A stretch of DNA of 64,000 nucleotides from Solirubrobacterales bacterium (GTDB lineage Bacteria; Actinomycetota; Thermoleophilia; Solirubrobacterales; 70-9), in contig DATDLJ010000072.1 of NCBI GenBank assembly GCA_036519395.1, positions 4,893 through 68,892 on the forward strand, written 5' to 3'. Every line of letters starts with the position of its first letter. Position 1 is the first letter of the stretch. Below the pieces are notes generated by a model. That model searched no databases, was not told the origin of the DNA, and saw only the letters and a program-made list of their open reading frames with translations. Shown one piece after another: positions 33,336-42,788 of the stretch. Both the position numbers and the translations under genes were made by a program.

Positions 33336-34138
33336 CGTCCCGACCACTGCGGGCGCCGCTTCTCGGCGAAGGCGCGGATTCCCTCGCGGAAGTCGGCCGA
33401 GGAAAAGCAGGATTCCCGCAGAGCGACGAGGCCCGCCTCCTGCTGCTCGGTCAGTTCGGGGTTGTCGTTGAGCAGGTCGATCGCGCGTTTGTTGCCGCGC
33501 ATCGAGAGCGGCGCGTTCTCGGCGATCGCGGCGGCGAGAGAAACCGCGATGTCGCCAACGGCGCCGTCGTCGACGACTTCGGTGACCAGGTCGATCTGTC
33601 CTGCCCGCTCGGCGTCGAGATTGCGGCCGGTGAGGAAGAGCTCCTTAGTGTGAGCGAGGCCGATCGTGTCGAGGAACTTGCGCAGCCCGGTATGGCCGTA
33701 GATCAAGCCCAGTTTTGCCGGCGGCATCCCCAGCTTGGCACTGCGGGCGCAGATCCGCAGATCGCAGGTGATCGCCAGCTCCAACCCGCCGCCGAGGCAG
33801 TGACCGTTGATCGCGGCGATCACCGGCCAGGGGTGGTGGGAGATCGCCTCCATCGCGGCGTGGAAGGGGTGAGCGACCAGTGCCTCGGCGTCGCGTTCGA
33901 AGGTTTCCTCGGGAATGCCGGCGATGTCGTAGCCGGCGGAGAAGAGCGGCGGGGCGCCGGTAATGACGATGCAGCGGGTCTCGATCCCCCGGTCGAGTTG
34001 CGGCAGGACCTCGGCGAACGCGTCGAGAATGTCGTGGTCGAGGGCGTTGCGCCGCTCCGGATTGGAGATCGTCAGTCGAGCGACCGAATCTGCCGGCCGG
34101 TCGAGGAGGAGCTTGCCGCCAGCCAGCTGCTCGTCCAC
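33332..34138 (-). CDS. Enoyl-CoA hydratase/isomerase (crotonase) family protein
   Basis: ...ARLTISNPERRNALD...FSAGYDI...AAINGHCLGGGLELAITCDLR... GTG at 34138, 4 nt after the carrier-protein stop. Confidence 0.85.
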   Translation of the reverse strand: MDEQLAGGKLLLDRPADSVARLTISNPERRNALDHDILDAFAEVLPQLDRGIETRCIVITGAPPLFSAGYDIAGIPEETFERDAEALVAHPFHAAMEAISHHPWPVIAAINGHCLGGGLELAITCDLRICARSAKLGMPPAKLGLIYGHTGLRKFLDTIGLAHTKELFLTGRNLDAERAGQIDLVTEVVDDGAVGDIAVSLAAAIAENAPLSMRGNKRAIDLLNDNPELTEQQEAGLVALRESCFSSADFREGIRAFAEKRRPQWSGR

Positions 34139-34142
34139 GTCG

Positions 34143-34355
34143 CTACTCCAACACCACCAGGACGTCGCCTTCGCTGACTGACTGACCCTCCTCGCAGCGG
34201 ATCTCCTTGACGACGCCATCGTCTTCGGCCTCGACCGGAATCTCCATCTTCATCGACTCAAGGATGACGACGGTGTCGCCGTCGGAAACCTCGTCCCCGA
34301 CTTTGACCTCGATTTTCCAGACGTTGCCAGTGATGTGTGCCTCGATGTCTGCCAT
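34143..34355 (-). CDS. Stand-alone biotinyl/lipoyl carrier domain protein (BCCP-like, 70 aa)
   Basis: MADIEAHITGNVWKIEVKVGDEVSDGDTVVILESMKMEIPVEAEDDGVVKEIRCEEGQSVSEGDVLVVLE, with the ESMKME biotinylation motif. The rest of ORF 34143..34841 is not coding-like. Confidence 0.85.
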   Translation of the reverse strand: MADIEAHITGNVWKIEVKVGDEVSDGDTVVILESMKMEIPVEAEDDGVVKEIRCEEGQSVSEGDVLVVLE

Positions 34356-34377
34356 GGCCGGGGACAATAACCCGACC

Positions 34378-35094
34378 ATGGGACCCGAACAGGCGGCAGG
34401 GACTGAAGCGACGCTGGCGGCAATCGTCGCGGCGCGCAACGAGGCCGATCGGATCGGGGAAACGGTGCGATCGTTGCGGGCAGTTTTCCCCCGGGCCCGG
34501 ATCTGGGTCGCCGACGATGCCTCCGAGGACGGCACCGCGGAGGCGGCGCTGGCGGCTGGCGCCGAGGTGGTGAGCCGCGGCCGGCCGCACGGCAAGGGCG
34601 CCAATGTCACCGCGGCGGTGGCGGCGGCGCTTAGCGTCGAGGAGTCACCGGCGATCGTGCTGCTCTGCGACGGCGACCTGGGCGAGACGGCGGCGAGGCT
34701 GGCGCCGCTGGTGGCGGCGGCGCGAAACGACGAGTGCGATCTCGCCGTAGCTGCCTTCAGCCGGCGCGTCGGTGGCGGCTTCGGTCTCGCCCTCGGGTTC
34801 GCCCACTGGGCGATCCGCCACCTTTGCGGGGTGAAGACCACCGCGCCGATCTCCGGCCAGCGTGCGCTCCGCGTCGAGGCCCTGCGCGCGGCCCTGCCCT
34901 TCGCCCGCGGCTACGGGATGGAGATCGGGATGACGGTTGATGTGGTCCGCGCTGGCTACCGCTTGCGCGAGTACGAGTTGGACCTCGAGCACCGGGCGAC
35001 CGGGCGCAATCTCGCCGGTTTCCTCCATCGCGCCAGGCAGCTACGGGACTTCCTCCGTGTCTTCGTCACGCGGCGCCTTGGTCGCGCCTCTTAA
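34378..35094 (+). CDS. Glycosyltransferase family 2
   Basis: ...LAAIVAARNEADRIGETVRSL...WVADDASEDGT...LLCDGDLG... Alternative ATG at 34354 shares CCATGG with the divergent carrier-protein start. Confidence 0.75.
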   Translation: MGPEQAAGTEATLAAIVAARNEADRIGETVRSLRAVFPRARIWVADDASEDGTAEAALAAGAEVVSRGRPHGKGANVTAAVAAALSVEESPAIVLLCDGDLGETAARLAPLVAAARNDECDLAVAAFSRRVGGGFGLALGFAHWAIRHLCGVKTTAPISGQRALRVEALRAALPFARGYGMEIGMTVDVVRAGYRLREYELDLEHRATGRNLAGFLHRARQLRDFLRVFVTRRLGRAS

Positions 35095-35104
35095 AGTGGT
35101 TCTG

Positions 35105-35899
35105 ATGTTGGGTCGGGGAAAGAGAGTCGTAACGGTCGTCGCTGTGACGACCTTCCTCTGCGTGGCCTCGCTGGCCAACGCCGAGCTGATCGAGCGCGGC
35201 GATCTCTTCGTCAAATTCAGCGGCGGGATCGCGCCGACGACGCTTCCCAGGCAGGAGAAAGCGCCGATCGAGGTCAAGGTCGCCGGCACGATCAGATCGC
35301 TCTCGGGGGAGCACCCGCCGGCTCTGCGCTGGATCGCGATTGCGATCAACCGCGGTGGCGAAGTCGACACCCGCGGGTTGCCCCGCTGCGATCGCTCAGA
35401 GATCGAGCCAGCCACCGGTAAGCAGGCGCTCGACGCCTGTGGGAAGGCGCTAGTAGGCGTCGGCCGCTACCGGGGGGCGCTGGCGCTGCCGGAACAGAAC
35501 TCTTTCCCACTGCAGGGCCGGATCCTCGCCTTCAACGCGATTGTCGATGGCCAGCGGGCGATCCTCGCCCACATCTACGGCAGCTATCCCGTGCCCAACA
35601 GCCGCATCATCGTCTTCCGCATCCGTCGCTCCAGCGGCACCTACGGGACGATCCTCACCGCGGCGCTGCCGGCCCGACTCAACCGCTTCGGCTACCTGAA
35701 GGAAATCAGCCTCAACCTGCGCCGGACTTTCACTCAGGGCGGTCGCACCCGCAGCTATCTCAGCGCCGCCTGCGGAGCGCCCCCGGGCTTCACCGTCGGC
35801 GTCTTCCCCTTCGTCCGCGTCTCGATGACCTTCTCCGACTCGCGCAAACTGTCCTCGACCCTGATCCGCACTTGCAAGGTCCGGGGCGGGCGCCGGTGA
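35105..35899 (+). CDS. Secreted hypothetical protein
   Basis: MLGRGKRVVTVVAVTTFLCVASLANA signal peptide. No recognisable family. Alternative GTG at 35096. Confidence 0.55.
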   Translation: MLGRGKRVVTVVAVTTFLCVASLANAELIERGDLFVKFSGGIAPTTLPRQEKAPIEVKVAGTIRSLSGEHPPALRWIAIAINRGGEVDTRGLPRCDRSEIEPATGKQALDACGKALVGVGRYRGALALPEQNSFPLQGRILAFNAIVDGQRAILAHIYGSYPVPNSRIIVFRIRRSSGTYGTILTAALPARLNRFGYLKEISLNLRRTFTQGGRTRSYLSAACGAPPGFTVGVFPFVRVSMTFSDSRKLSSTLIRTCKVRGGRR

Positions 35900-37344
35900 T
35901 CCTGGCGATCGACCAGGGGACGACGGGTACCACCTGCCTCGTCTTCGACCGCGAGGGGGCGATCGTCGGCCGCGCCTACTCCGAGTTCCAGCAGTTTTTC
36001 CCCCAGCCGGGATGGGTGGAGCACGACGCCAATGAGATCTGGGAGGTAACGCGGCGGGTAGCGGGCGAGGCGATCGCCGCCGCCGGGATCGCGGGCAGTG
36101 AGCTCGATGCGATCGGAATTACCAACCAGCGGGAGACCGTCGTCGCCTGGGATCCGGACAGCGGCGAGCCGGTCCACCGGGCGCTGGTCTGGCAGGACCG
36201 TCGCACCGCGGGGCGCTGCGATGAGCTGCGCGAGGCGGGGCACGGGCCGCTGGTGCGCGAGCGGACGGGGCTGACCATCGACCCCTACTTCTCCGGGACC
36301 AAGATCGAGTGGCTGCAGCGGAACGCTGAGGGCGCAGAGCGGGCGGTTTTTGGCACGGTCGACTCTTGGCTCCTCTTCAAGCTCACCGGTGAGCACGTCA
36401 CCGACTACACGAACGCCTCGCGGACGATGCTGTTCGACATTCGCCGCCTCGACTGGGATCCGGAGCTCTGCAACCTGCTTGGAGTCGACCCGGCCCGGCT
36501 ACCGCGCCCGCGACCGTCCAGTTGTGTATTCGGAACTACCACCGAGTTCGGTGGCGAGGTGCCCGTGGCGGGTGTGGCGGGCGACCAGCAGGCGGCGCTC
36601 TTCGGCCAGGCCTGTCACCGACCCGGGATGGCGAAGAACACCTACGGCACCGGCAGCTTCGTCCTCCTCAACAGCGGCTCGGAGCCGCCGCCGGTCTCCG
36701 AGGGGCTGCTCGGCACCGTCGCCTGGGGCTTGGGCGACAAGGTCACCTACGCGCTCGAGGCCTCGATCTTCGTCACCGGCGCCGCGGTCCAGTGGTTGCG
36801 CGACGGCCTCGGGATCATCGAGGCGGCGGCGGAGACCGAGGCCCTCGCCGCCTCGCTCGATTCCAACGATGGGGTCTACTTCGTCCCCGCCTTGACCGGG
36901 CTTGGCTCGCCCCACTGGGATCCCTACGCGCGCGGCACGATCGTCGGCCTCACCCGCGGCAGCGGCCGCGCCCACTTGGCCCGGTCGGCTCTGGAGGCAA
37001 TCGCCTACGAGACGGTCGATGCGGTGCGCGCGCAAGAGGCTGCTGCCGGCGAGCGGCTGGAGTTGTTGCGGGCCGACGGCGGTGCCGTTGCCAATCGTTG
37101 GCTGATGCAGTTCCAAGCGGACATCCTTGGTGTACCTGTCTCTGTGCCGGAGATCGCCGAGACGACCGCCCTTGGCGCCGCCTACCTGGCCGGCGTTGCG
37201 ACCGGGACCTGGACGGTTGACCAGGTGGGGGAGATGTGGCGCGAGGCCGATCGTTACGAGCCGACGATGGCGGCGGGCCAGCGCGAAGAGCTACTGGCGG
37301 ATTGGAGACGAGCATTGGAGCATTCGCGCGAATGGGCGAGATGA
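35896..37344 (+). CDS. glpK: Glycerol kinase
   Basis: VILAIDQGTTGTTCLVFDREG...GITNQRETVVAWD...GDQQAALFGQ... The GTG overlaps the previous stop (GTGA). Confidence 0.93.
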   Translation: MILAIDQGTTGTTCLVFDREGAIVGRAYSEFQQFFPQPGWVEHDANEIWEVTRRVAGEAIAAAGIAGSELDAIGITNQRETVVAWDPDSGEPVHRALVWQDRRTAGRCDELREAGHGPLVRERTGLTIDPYFSGTKIEWLQRNAEGAERAVFGTVDSWLLFKLTGEHVTDYTNASRTMLFDIRRLDWDPELCNLLGVDPARLPRPRPSSCVFGTTTEFGGEVPVAGVAGDQQAALFGQACHRPGMAKNTYGTGSFVLLNSGSEPPPVSEGLLGTVAWGLGDKVTYALEASIFVTGAAVQWLRDGLGIIEAAAETEALAASLDSNDGVYFVPALTGLGSPHWDPYARGTIVGLTRGSGRAHLARSALEAIAYETVDAVRAQEAAAGERLELLRADGGAVANRWLMQFQADILGVPVSVPEIAETTALGAAYLAGVATGTWTVDQVGEMWREADRYEPTMAAGQREELLADWRRALEHSREWAR

Positions 37345-38033
37345 AGCCGCAGGTCTACAAGGACCCGCGCCCCGCCGAGTACTTTCAGCAGTTCCACGCA
37401 GCGGCCCGCAAGGGAGTCGGCTGGACCTACACCTTCGCCCGCATCATCCTTACCTTGCCGACCTTGCTGATCTGGCGCGTGCGGCAGATCGGGGTCGAGA
37501 AAGTGCCCAAGGACGGACCGCTGGTCCTCGCCCCCAACCACTTCAGCCAGATGGACCACTTCTTCGTCGGCGTCTACCTGCGTCGGAAGATCCGCTTCAT
37601 GGCCAAATCGCAGATGTTCGGACCGCCGGTCCTCACCTACATCTACAAGCACGGGGGTGTCTTCCCGATCCGGCGTGGGCACCACGACGAGGAAGCGATT
37701 GAGACCGCCCGGGTCTTGATCGACCAAAGGGAAATGCTGCTGATTTATGCCGAGGGAGGACGCTCCCGCTCGCAACAGCTGGGGGAGCCGAAACCGGGGA
37801 TCGGCCGGATCGCGCTGGAAACCGGGGCGCCGATCGTCCCGGTTGCAATCTACGGCTCCGAGCGGGCTCGTCAGTGGAAACGACTGCGCTTCCCCAAGGT
37901 CACGGTCCAGTTCGGCGAGCCGGTCAGCTTCCCGGTTGAAGGGTCGCCCAGTAAGGAGCGCCAGCTCGAGATCGCGGGCGAGATCTTTGCCCGGGTGCGG
38001 GAGATGTACGAAGCGCTGGCCCGGAAGGACTAG
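37332..38033 (+). CDS. plsC: 1-acyl-sn-glycerol-3-phosphate acyltransferase
   Basis: NHFSQMDHFF (HxxxxD), YAEGGRSR, PIVPVAIYG. An ATG at 37341 (ATGA overlap with glpK) is an equally good start. Confidence 0.85.
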   Translation: MGEMKPQVYKDPRPAEYFQQFHAAARKGVGWTYTFARIILTLPTLLIWRVRQIGVEKVPKDGPLVLAPNHFSQMDHFFVGVYLRRKIRFMAKSQMFGPPVLTYIYKHGGVFPIRRGHHDEEAIETARVLIDQREMLLIYAEGGRSRSQQLGEPKPGIGRIALETGAPIVPVAIYGSERARQWKRLRFPKVTVQFGEPVSFPVEGSPSKERQLEIAGEIFARVREMYEALARKD

Positions 38034-38954
38034 CTACTCGTAGCGCTGCTCGATCCCGGCGTAGAAGTCAGGATCGTGCCCCGGCGTGATCACCGCGTCG
38101 GGGAACTGTGAGCGGAAGAGGCGCAGCTCCTGCAGCGAGCGGCGCATGTTGTGGGAGTCGTAGGGGCGTGGGGGTGGCGGAACGCTGCCGTCGAGCTGGT
38201 CGATCAAGTACATCGTGTCGCCGCCGATGACAAAGTCGCGCTCGGCGAGGCGGCAGACCACCGACATGTGGCCGGGGCTGTGGCCGGGGGTGTAGGCGAG
38301 GTGGATCGAGCCGTCGCCGAAGAGGTCAAAGGTGCGGCCGAAGCTGGCGTAGGAGTCGATCCCGGCGCGGTCGAAGTCGACCGTGCGGTAGTCGAAGGCG
38401 TAGTCGTAGTGGGCGCGGCGGTAGCCGTTGAGGAGCGCGTTTACGCCCCCGGCGGCGGCCTCCCACTCGGTGGCGCTGATGACGAAGGTCGAGTCGGGGA
38501 ACTCGGAGATCCCCGAGGTGTGATCGAGGTGGAGGTGGGTCATCACCACGATCGGCAGCTCGCTGGGCTCGAGGCCGCGTTTGCGCAGCTGCGAGGGGAC
38601 GTCTTCCCCCGCCTCGAGGACGGGCTTGCCGATGCGGGCGCTGAGCGAGCCGAAGTTCTGGCGGGGATCAGTGGCGATTGACGGATGCAAGCCGGTGTCG
38701 ACGAGGATCGCGCCGGCGCTCGGGTGGCGGATCAGGAAGGCCGGCACCGGGACCACGTTCTCCTTCGATCCCAGGAACAGAGCCTTGGCCAGCTTGGCGG
38801 TGATGAAGCGGCCGCCGGGGCTGACCATCATCTCCCGCGCGAAGTCGACGTGTCCGGCGATCAGCGGTTCAACCGCGACGGTGGCGCGCGGAGTGCCGCC
38901 GGCAAGCGGCTCGTGCAGCGGGGTGGGTTCGACGGAAAGGCCCATCGGCGGCAC
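38034..38954 (-). CDS. MBL-fold metallo-hydrolase (N-acyl-homoserine-lactonase-like)
   Basis: VVMTHLHLDHTSG (HxHxDH), ...TPGHSPGH... Confidence 0.85.
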   Translation of the reverse strand: MPPMGLSVEPTPLHEPLAGGTPRATVAVEPLIAGHVDFAREMMVSPGGRFITAKLAKALFLGSKENVVPVPAFLIRHPSAGAILVDTGLHPSIATDPRQNFGSLSARIGKPVLEAGEDVPSQLRKRGLEPSELPIVVMTHLHLDHTSGISEFPDSTFVISATEWEAAAGGVNALLNGYRRAHYDYAFDYRTVDFDRAGIDSYASFGRTFDLFGDGSIHLAYTPGHSPGHMSVVCRLAERDFVIGGDTMYLIDQLDGSVPPPPRPYDSHNMRRSLQELRLFRSQFPDAVITPGHDPDFYAGIEQRYE

Positions 38955-38992
38955 ATTTACGCAGTTCTGCTCGCCTATAGGCTTGCCCCTCG

Positions 38993-39850
38993 ATGGCTGA
39001 AAGCTCCCATTCGCAGGTGTTCCGGGACGGTTTGCTCGAGGGCCAGGTCTGCGTGGTCTCCGGCGCCGGCAGCGGCCTCGGCCGCGAGACGGCGCTGGAG
39101 CTGGCGCGCCTTGGCGCGACCGTCGTCGCCTGCGGCCGCCGCGAGGAGCCGCTGGCCGAGACCGCTGCGCTCGCCGCCGGGCTGCCGGGGCGCTTCGAGT
39201 TCGAGACCCTGGACATCCGCGAGGAGGAGCCGGTCGGGCGCTTCTTCGATGGCCTGTTGGAGCGCCACGGCCGCCTCGACGTGCTGGTCAACAACGCCGG
39301 CGGCCAGTTCCTCAGTCCGGCCGAGGCGATCAGTCCCAAAGGCTTCAAAACGGTGATCGACCTCAACGTGCTGGGCACCTGGTTGATGACCCACGCCGCC
39401 GCGACCAAGGTCTTCATCCCGCAGGGGAGCGGCAAGGTCCTCAGTGTCACCCTCTCGCCGCACAACGGGATGCCGGGGATGGTTCACTCCGGTGCCGCCC
39501 GCGCCGCGGTCGAGAACATGATGCGGACCCTGGCCATCGAGTGGGCCCGGTTCGGGATCAAGACCGTCGCCCTTGCCGCCGGCCAGTTCGCGACCGAGAC
39601 GCTCTTGACCAAGTATCCGCAGGTGGTCGTCGACAACCTCGAGCGCTCGATCCCGATCGGCCGCGCCGGGCGGCCGGAGGAGATGGCCTGGCTCGTCGCC
39701 TATCTCGCCTCGCCGGCCGGGGACTTCTATTCAGGGACGACGATCACGCTCGATGGCGCCCGCGACAACTGGGCCGGCCCCTGGCCGCCGGAGGCGATCG
39801 CCACCGAGTCGGGCGACCCGGTGGCGGAGGAGCGCAAGCCGCGCGGCTAG
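38993..39850 (+). CDS. SDR family oxidoreductase (dienoyl/enoyl-CoA reductase-like)
   Basis: VCVVSGAGSGLGRETALELARLGATVV..NNAGG... Confidence 0.88.
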   Translation: MAESSHSQVFRDGLLEGQVCVVSGAGSGLGRETALELARLGATVVACGRREEPLAETAALAAGLPGRFEFETLDIREEEPVGRFFDGLLERHGRLDVLVNNAGGQFLSPAEAISPKGFKTVIDLNVLGTWLMTHAAATKVFIPQGSGKVLSVTLSPHNGMPGMVHSGAARAAVENMMRTLAIEWARFGIKTVALAAGQFATETLLTKYPQVVVDNLERSIPIGRAGRPEEMAWLVAYLASPAGDFYSGTTITLDGARDNWAGPWPPEAIATESGDPVAEERKPRG

Positions 39851-40332
39851 CGCGGCTCGAGCACGACCAGCGGAATCTCGCGGCCTTTGCTGCGGACCGC
39901 GTAGTCCTCGTAGCCGTGGTAGGCCTTGACGGCCATCGCCCAAAGGCGGTCGCGCTCCTCCGGTTTTGCCACCCGCGCATGCACTGGCCGGATCTCGCCC
40001 TTAACCTGCACCGCGGTGTCCGGGTTGGCCATCAGGTTGTGGTACCAGGCGGGATTCTTGGGGAAACCGCCTTTGGAGGCGACGATCACGAGGTCCTTGC
40101 CGTCGGGTACGTACAGCAGCGGCGAGGTGCGCTTGATCCCGCTCTTCGCCCCGACGTGGTCGAGCAAGAGCATCTTGCCCGGCACGCCGGGGATGGTGTG
40201 CCCGAGGCGCCCACCCGTGTGCTTGTAGAGGAACGTGTGGGCGCCCATAAAGCGGCGGGTAGCAGGCCAGATCTTGTCCGCTACGTCTAGGTAGCGGGGT
40301 GGCCGCCTGCTCCCTGCCGCTTGTGAGCTCAT
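39847..40332 (-). CDS. Deazaflavin (F420)-dependent nitroreductase family (DDN-like) oxidoreductase
   Basis: ...LLLDHVGAKSGIKRTSPLLYVPDGKDLVIVASKGGFPKNPAWYHNLMANPD...ERDRLWA... ATG at 40332, 1 nt after the upstream stop. Confidence 0.8.
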   Translation of the reverse strand: MSSQAAGSRRPPRYLDVADKIWPATRRFMGAHTFLYKHTGGRLGHTIPGVPGKMLLLDHVGAKSGIKRTSPLLYVPDGKDLVIVASKGGFPKNPAWYHNLMANPDTAVQVKGEIRPVHARVAKPEERDRLWAMAVKAYHGYEDYAVRSKGREIPLVVLEPR

Positions 40333-40333
40333 C

Positions 40334-41164
40334 TCAGGTGTACATCCCGCCGAACATGCCACCGGTCACGTTCAGAACCTGGCCGTGCATGTAGTTGGCA
40401 AGGGGGGAGGAGAGGAACAGGACCGGGCCCGAGGCCTCCTCTGGGGTGGCCGGACGGCCGAGCGGGATGATCGCCGAGGCCATCGCCCGCATCTGCTCGG
40501 GGATGCCCAGCTCGATCTTCTCGCCGGTCGGCGAGGTCATCTCTTCACCGGCCTCTTTGGCGGCGGTAAGGCGGGTTTCGACGAAGCCGAAGGCGACCGC
40601 GTTGACGTTGATCTTGAACTGGCCCCACTCCTTGGCGAGGGTTTTGGTCAGGCCGACGACGCCCATCTTCGCGGCCGAGTAGTTGACCTGGCCGGCGTTG
40701 CCCATCATCCCGGAGGTCGAGGAGACGTTGACGATCTTGCGGAAGACCTCTTTGCCTTCGCCGCGCTCGGCCTTGGCCGCCTCACGCCAGGCCGGGGCCA
40801 GCGCCCGGGCGACTCGGAAGGGGACGATCGTGTGGATGTCGAGCATCGCCTGGAACTGCTCGTCGCTCATCTTGTGGGCGACGCCGTCCCAGGTGTAGCC
40901 GGCGTTGTTGATGCAGATGTCGACCGCGCCGAAGGCGTCCTGGGCGGCCTTGACCAGCTCGTCGGCGGCGCCCTCCTTGGTCAGGTCCCCGGCGAAGACG
41001 GCGGTCTCGCCGTTGATCTCGCTGGCTGCCTGCTCGGCGACGTCGGCGTCGAGGTCGTTGATCAGCACCTTGGCGCCCTCGTTGATGAACATTTCCGCGG
41101 TCGCGCGCCCAATTCCGCGCGCCGACCCGGTGACGATCGCCGCTTTCCCGTCCAGAAGTCCCAT
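40334..41164 (-). CDS. SDR family oxidoreductase (3-oxoacyl-ACP reductase-like)
   Basis: GKAAIVTGSARGIGRATAEMF...NNAGYT...YSAAKMGVVGLTK... Confidence 0.9.
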   Translation of the reverse strand: MGLLDGKAAIVTGSARGIGRATAEMFINEGAKVLINDLDADVAEQAASEINGETAVFAGDLTKEGAADELVKAAQDAFGAVDICINNAGYTWDGVAHKMSDEQFQAMLDIHTIVPFRVARALAPAWREAAKAERGEGKEVFRKIVNVSSTSGMMGNAGQVNYSAAKMGVVGLTKTLAKEWGQFKINVNAVAFGFVETRLTAAKEAGEEMTSPTGEKIELGIPEQMRAMASAIIPLGRPATPEEASGPVLFLSSPLANYMHGQVLNVTGGMFGGMYT

Positions 41165-41232
41165 TACTCCGTCTCTCCTTCGCTCGATGAAAAGTCGGCT
41201 GGGGAGGCTATCGGGATTGAGCGATCCTGGTT

Positions 41233-41244
41233 GACTGGCCAGTC
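41233..41244. promoter_or_regulatory. 12-bp perfect palindrome GACTGGCCAGTC upstream of the SDR/DDN operon
   Basis: ggTTGACTGGCCAGTCgg lies 3 nt past the VOC stop and 69 nt upstream of the SDR start. It shares the 8-mer TTGACTGG with the palindrome at 57566..57579. Confidence 0.35.
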
Positions 41245-41247
41245 GGC

Positions 41248-41667
41248 TCAGTTGAGGCGCGTGCCGCCATTCTCCGTGATCGTCCAGTGCGGGTTGTGCG
41301 CGATCTCCCAGGGATGGCCGTCGGGGTCGAGGAAGACGGCGCTGTAGCCGCCCCAGAAGGTTTCGGCCGGCTCGCGCCCGATTGTCGCGCCGGCGGCGCG
41401 AGCTTCCTCGATTGCCGCGTCGACCTCAGCGGGGGAACCGAAGTTGAGGGCGAGGGTGGTTCCACCCCAGCCACCACCGTCCGTGATGCAGCTGTCCTCC
41501 GCCAGTTGCGCCCTGTCCCAGAGCGCGACCACCATGTCCCCGGCCTGGAAGAAGACCACGTCGTCGTCGGGCCCGGCTCCGGTGCGCCAGCCGAGAGCTT
41601 CATAGAAGCGGCGCGAACGCTCCAGATCGGCGACGCCGAGGGTGATCAGGCTGACCCGTTGCTTCAT
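41248..41667 (-). CDS. VOC (glyoxalase/bleomycin-resistance/dioxygenase) family protein
   Basis: MKQRVSLITLGVADLERSRRFYEALGW...FLDPDGHPWEIAHNP... Confidence 0.85.
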   Translation of the reverse strand: MKQRVSLITLGVADLERSRRFYEALGWRTGAGPDDDVVFFQAGDMVVALWDRAQLAEDSCITDGGGWGGTTLALNFGSPAEVDAAIEEARAAGATIGREPAETFWGGYSAVFLDPDGHPWEIAHNPHWTITENGGTRLN

Positions 41668-41786
41668 CCTGCTTCAAAACCGTAGCGGGCCGTTTCGGTA
41701 CGACAACGGTTCCGTGATCGACCCCCTGATGTTCTGTGGCGAATGCACGATGACAACGTGTCCAAAGACAGGCACAATCGGTAGCG

Positions 41787-42293
41787 ATGACGGTTCTCAT
41801 TGCGTACGCGTCGAAACGCGGTTCGACTGCCGAGATCGCCGAAACCGTGGCTGCGACGCTGCGTCGCGAGGGGCTCGGCGTCTGCCTTGAACCGGTTGAC
41901 AAGGTCCAGAATCTCGAGCGCTACGACGCCGTCGTACTTGGAAGCGCTGTCTACTTGAAGCGCTGGCGCGGTGATGCCAAGCATTTCCTTAAGAAGCACC
42001 GCAAGGCCTTGCGGCAGATGCCCTTCTGGGTTTTTAGCTCGGGGCCGGTTGGCGATCCGGCCAGCGACAATCCGGATTGGCTGGAGCCGCCGAAGCTGGC
42101 GGAGAAGATTGAGGACCTGGGGGGAAGGGGGCACGTCGTCTTCGGCGGTTGTGTGCCGGCCGAGCCGCAGGGGGCGATAGAGAGGGCGATGGTCGACGGG
42201 GTTCCGAAGGAGTTCCGCGACCGCCGCGACTGGGACGAGATCCGCGCCTGGGCCAAGCAGGTCGCGTCTGATCTCGTCCCGGTCCCTTCCTAG
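41787..42293 (+). CDS. Flavodoxin-domain protein (HemG/flavodoxin-like)
   Basis: MTVLIAYASKRGSTAEIAETVAATLRREG...YDAVVLGSAVY... Confidence 0.8.
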   Translation: MTVLIAYASKRGSTAEIAETVAATLRREGLGVCLEPVDKVQNLERYDAVVLGSAVYLKRWRGDAKHFLKKHRKALRQMPFWVFSSGPVGDPASDNPDWLEPPKLAEKIEDLGGRGHVVFGGCVPAEPQGAIERAMVDGVPKEFRDRRDWDEIRAWAKQVASDLVPVPS

Positions 42294-42727
42294 TCGCTCG
42301 CGGCAAGTGCGACGAGGTCGCTGGGGCGCAGCAGCGCCACCAGCGTCGAGCCATCGACGATCGCCAGCCCGCCCTTGCGCATCTTCACCCGGCCGCCGGT
42401 GAGCCGCGCGACCTCGCCGGAAAAGTCCGGCTCGTGGCCGACGAGGAGGACGTCGCCGCGGCCGGCGGCGAGGGAGAGCGAGTCGAAGCTGCCGCCGCGC
42501 AGCTCGCTCGCGGTCTCCGGTTCGATTGAGAGGGACTCGCAAGCGAGCCGCGCGGTCTCGGCCGCCCGCAGCTTCGGGCTGGCTAGGCAGGCGTCGACCC
42601 CGGCGCCCATTGCGGCCAGCGCTTCGCCAGCGGCCCGAGCCTGGCGTTCGCCCTTCGCGGTCAGCCGGCGGGCGGCGTCGTCGCCACGGCCGTCTTCGGC
42701 GTCTCCATGCCTGAGTAGATAGATCAA
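42290..42727 (-). CDS. Phosphohistidine phosphatase SixA-like (histidine phosphatase superfamily)
   Basis: MIYLLRHGDAE (RHG motif)...LVGHEPD... Confidence 0.8.
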   Translation of the reverse strand: MIYLLRHGDAEDGRGDDAARRLTAKGERQARAAGEALAAMGAGVDACLASPKLRAAETARLACESLSIEPETASELRGGSFDSLSLAAGRGDVLLVGHEPDFSGEVARLTGGRVKMRKGGLAIVDGSTLVALLRPSDLVALAASD

Positions 42728-42788
42728 CTTTTCAGTCCATATTGCAGGTCAAACATCTGTTGGCTTCAGGTTTTCGATTTGTTAGCCG

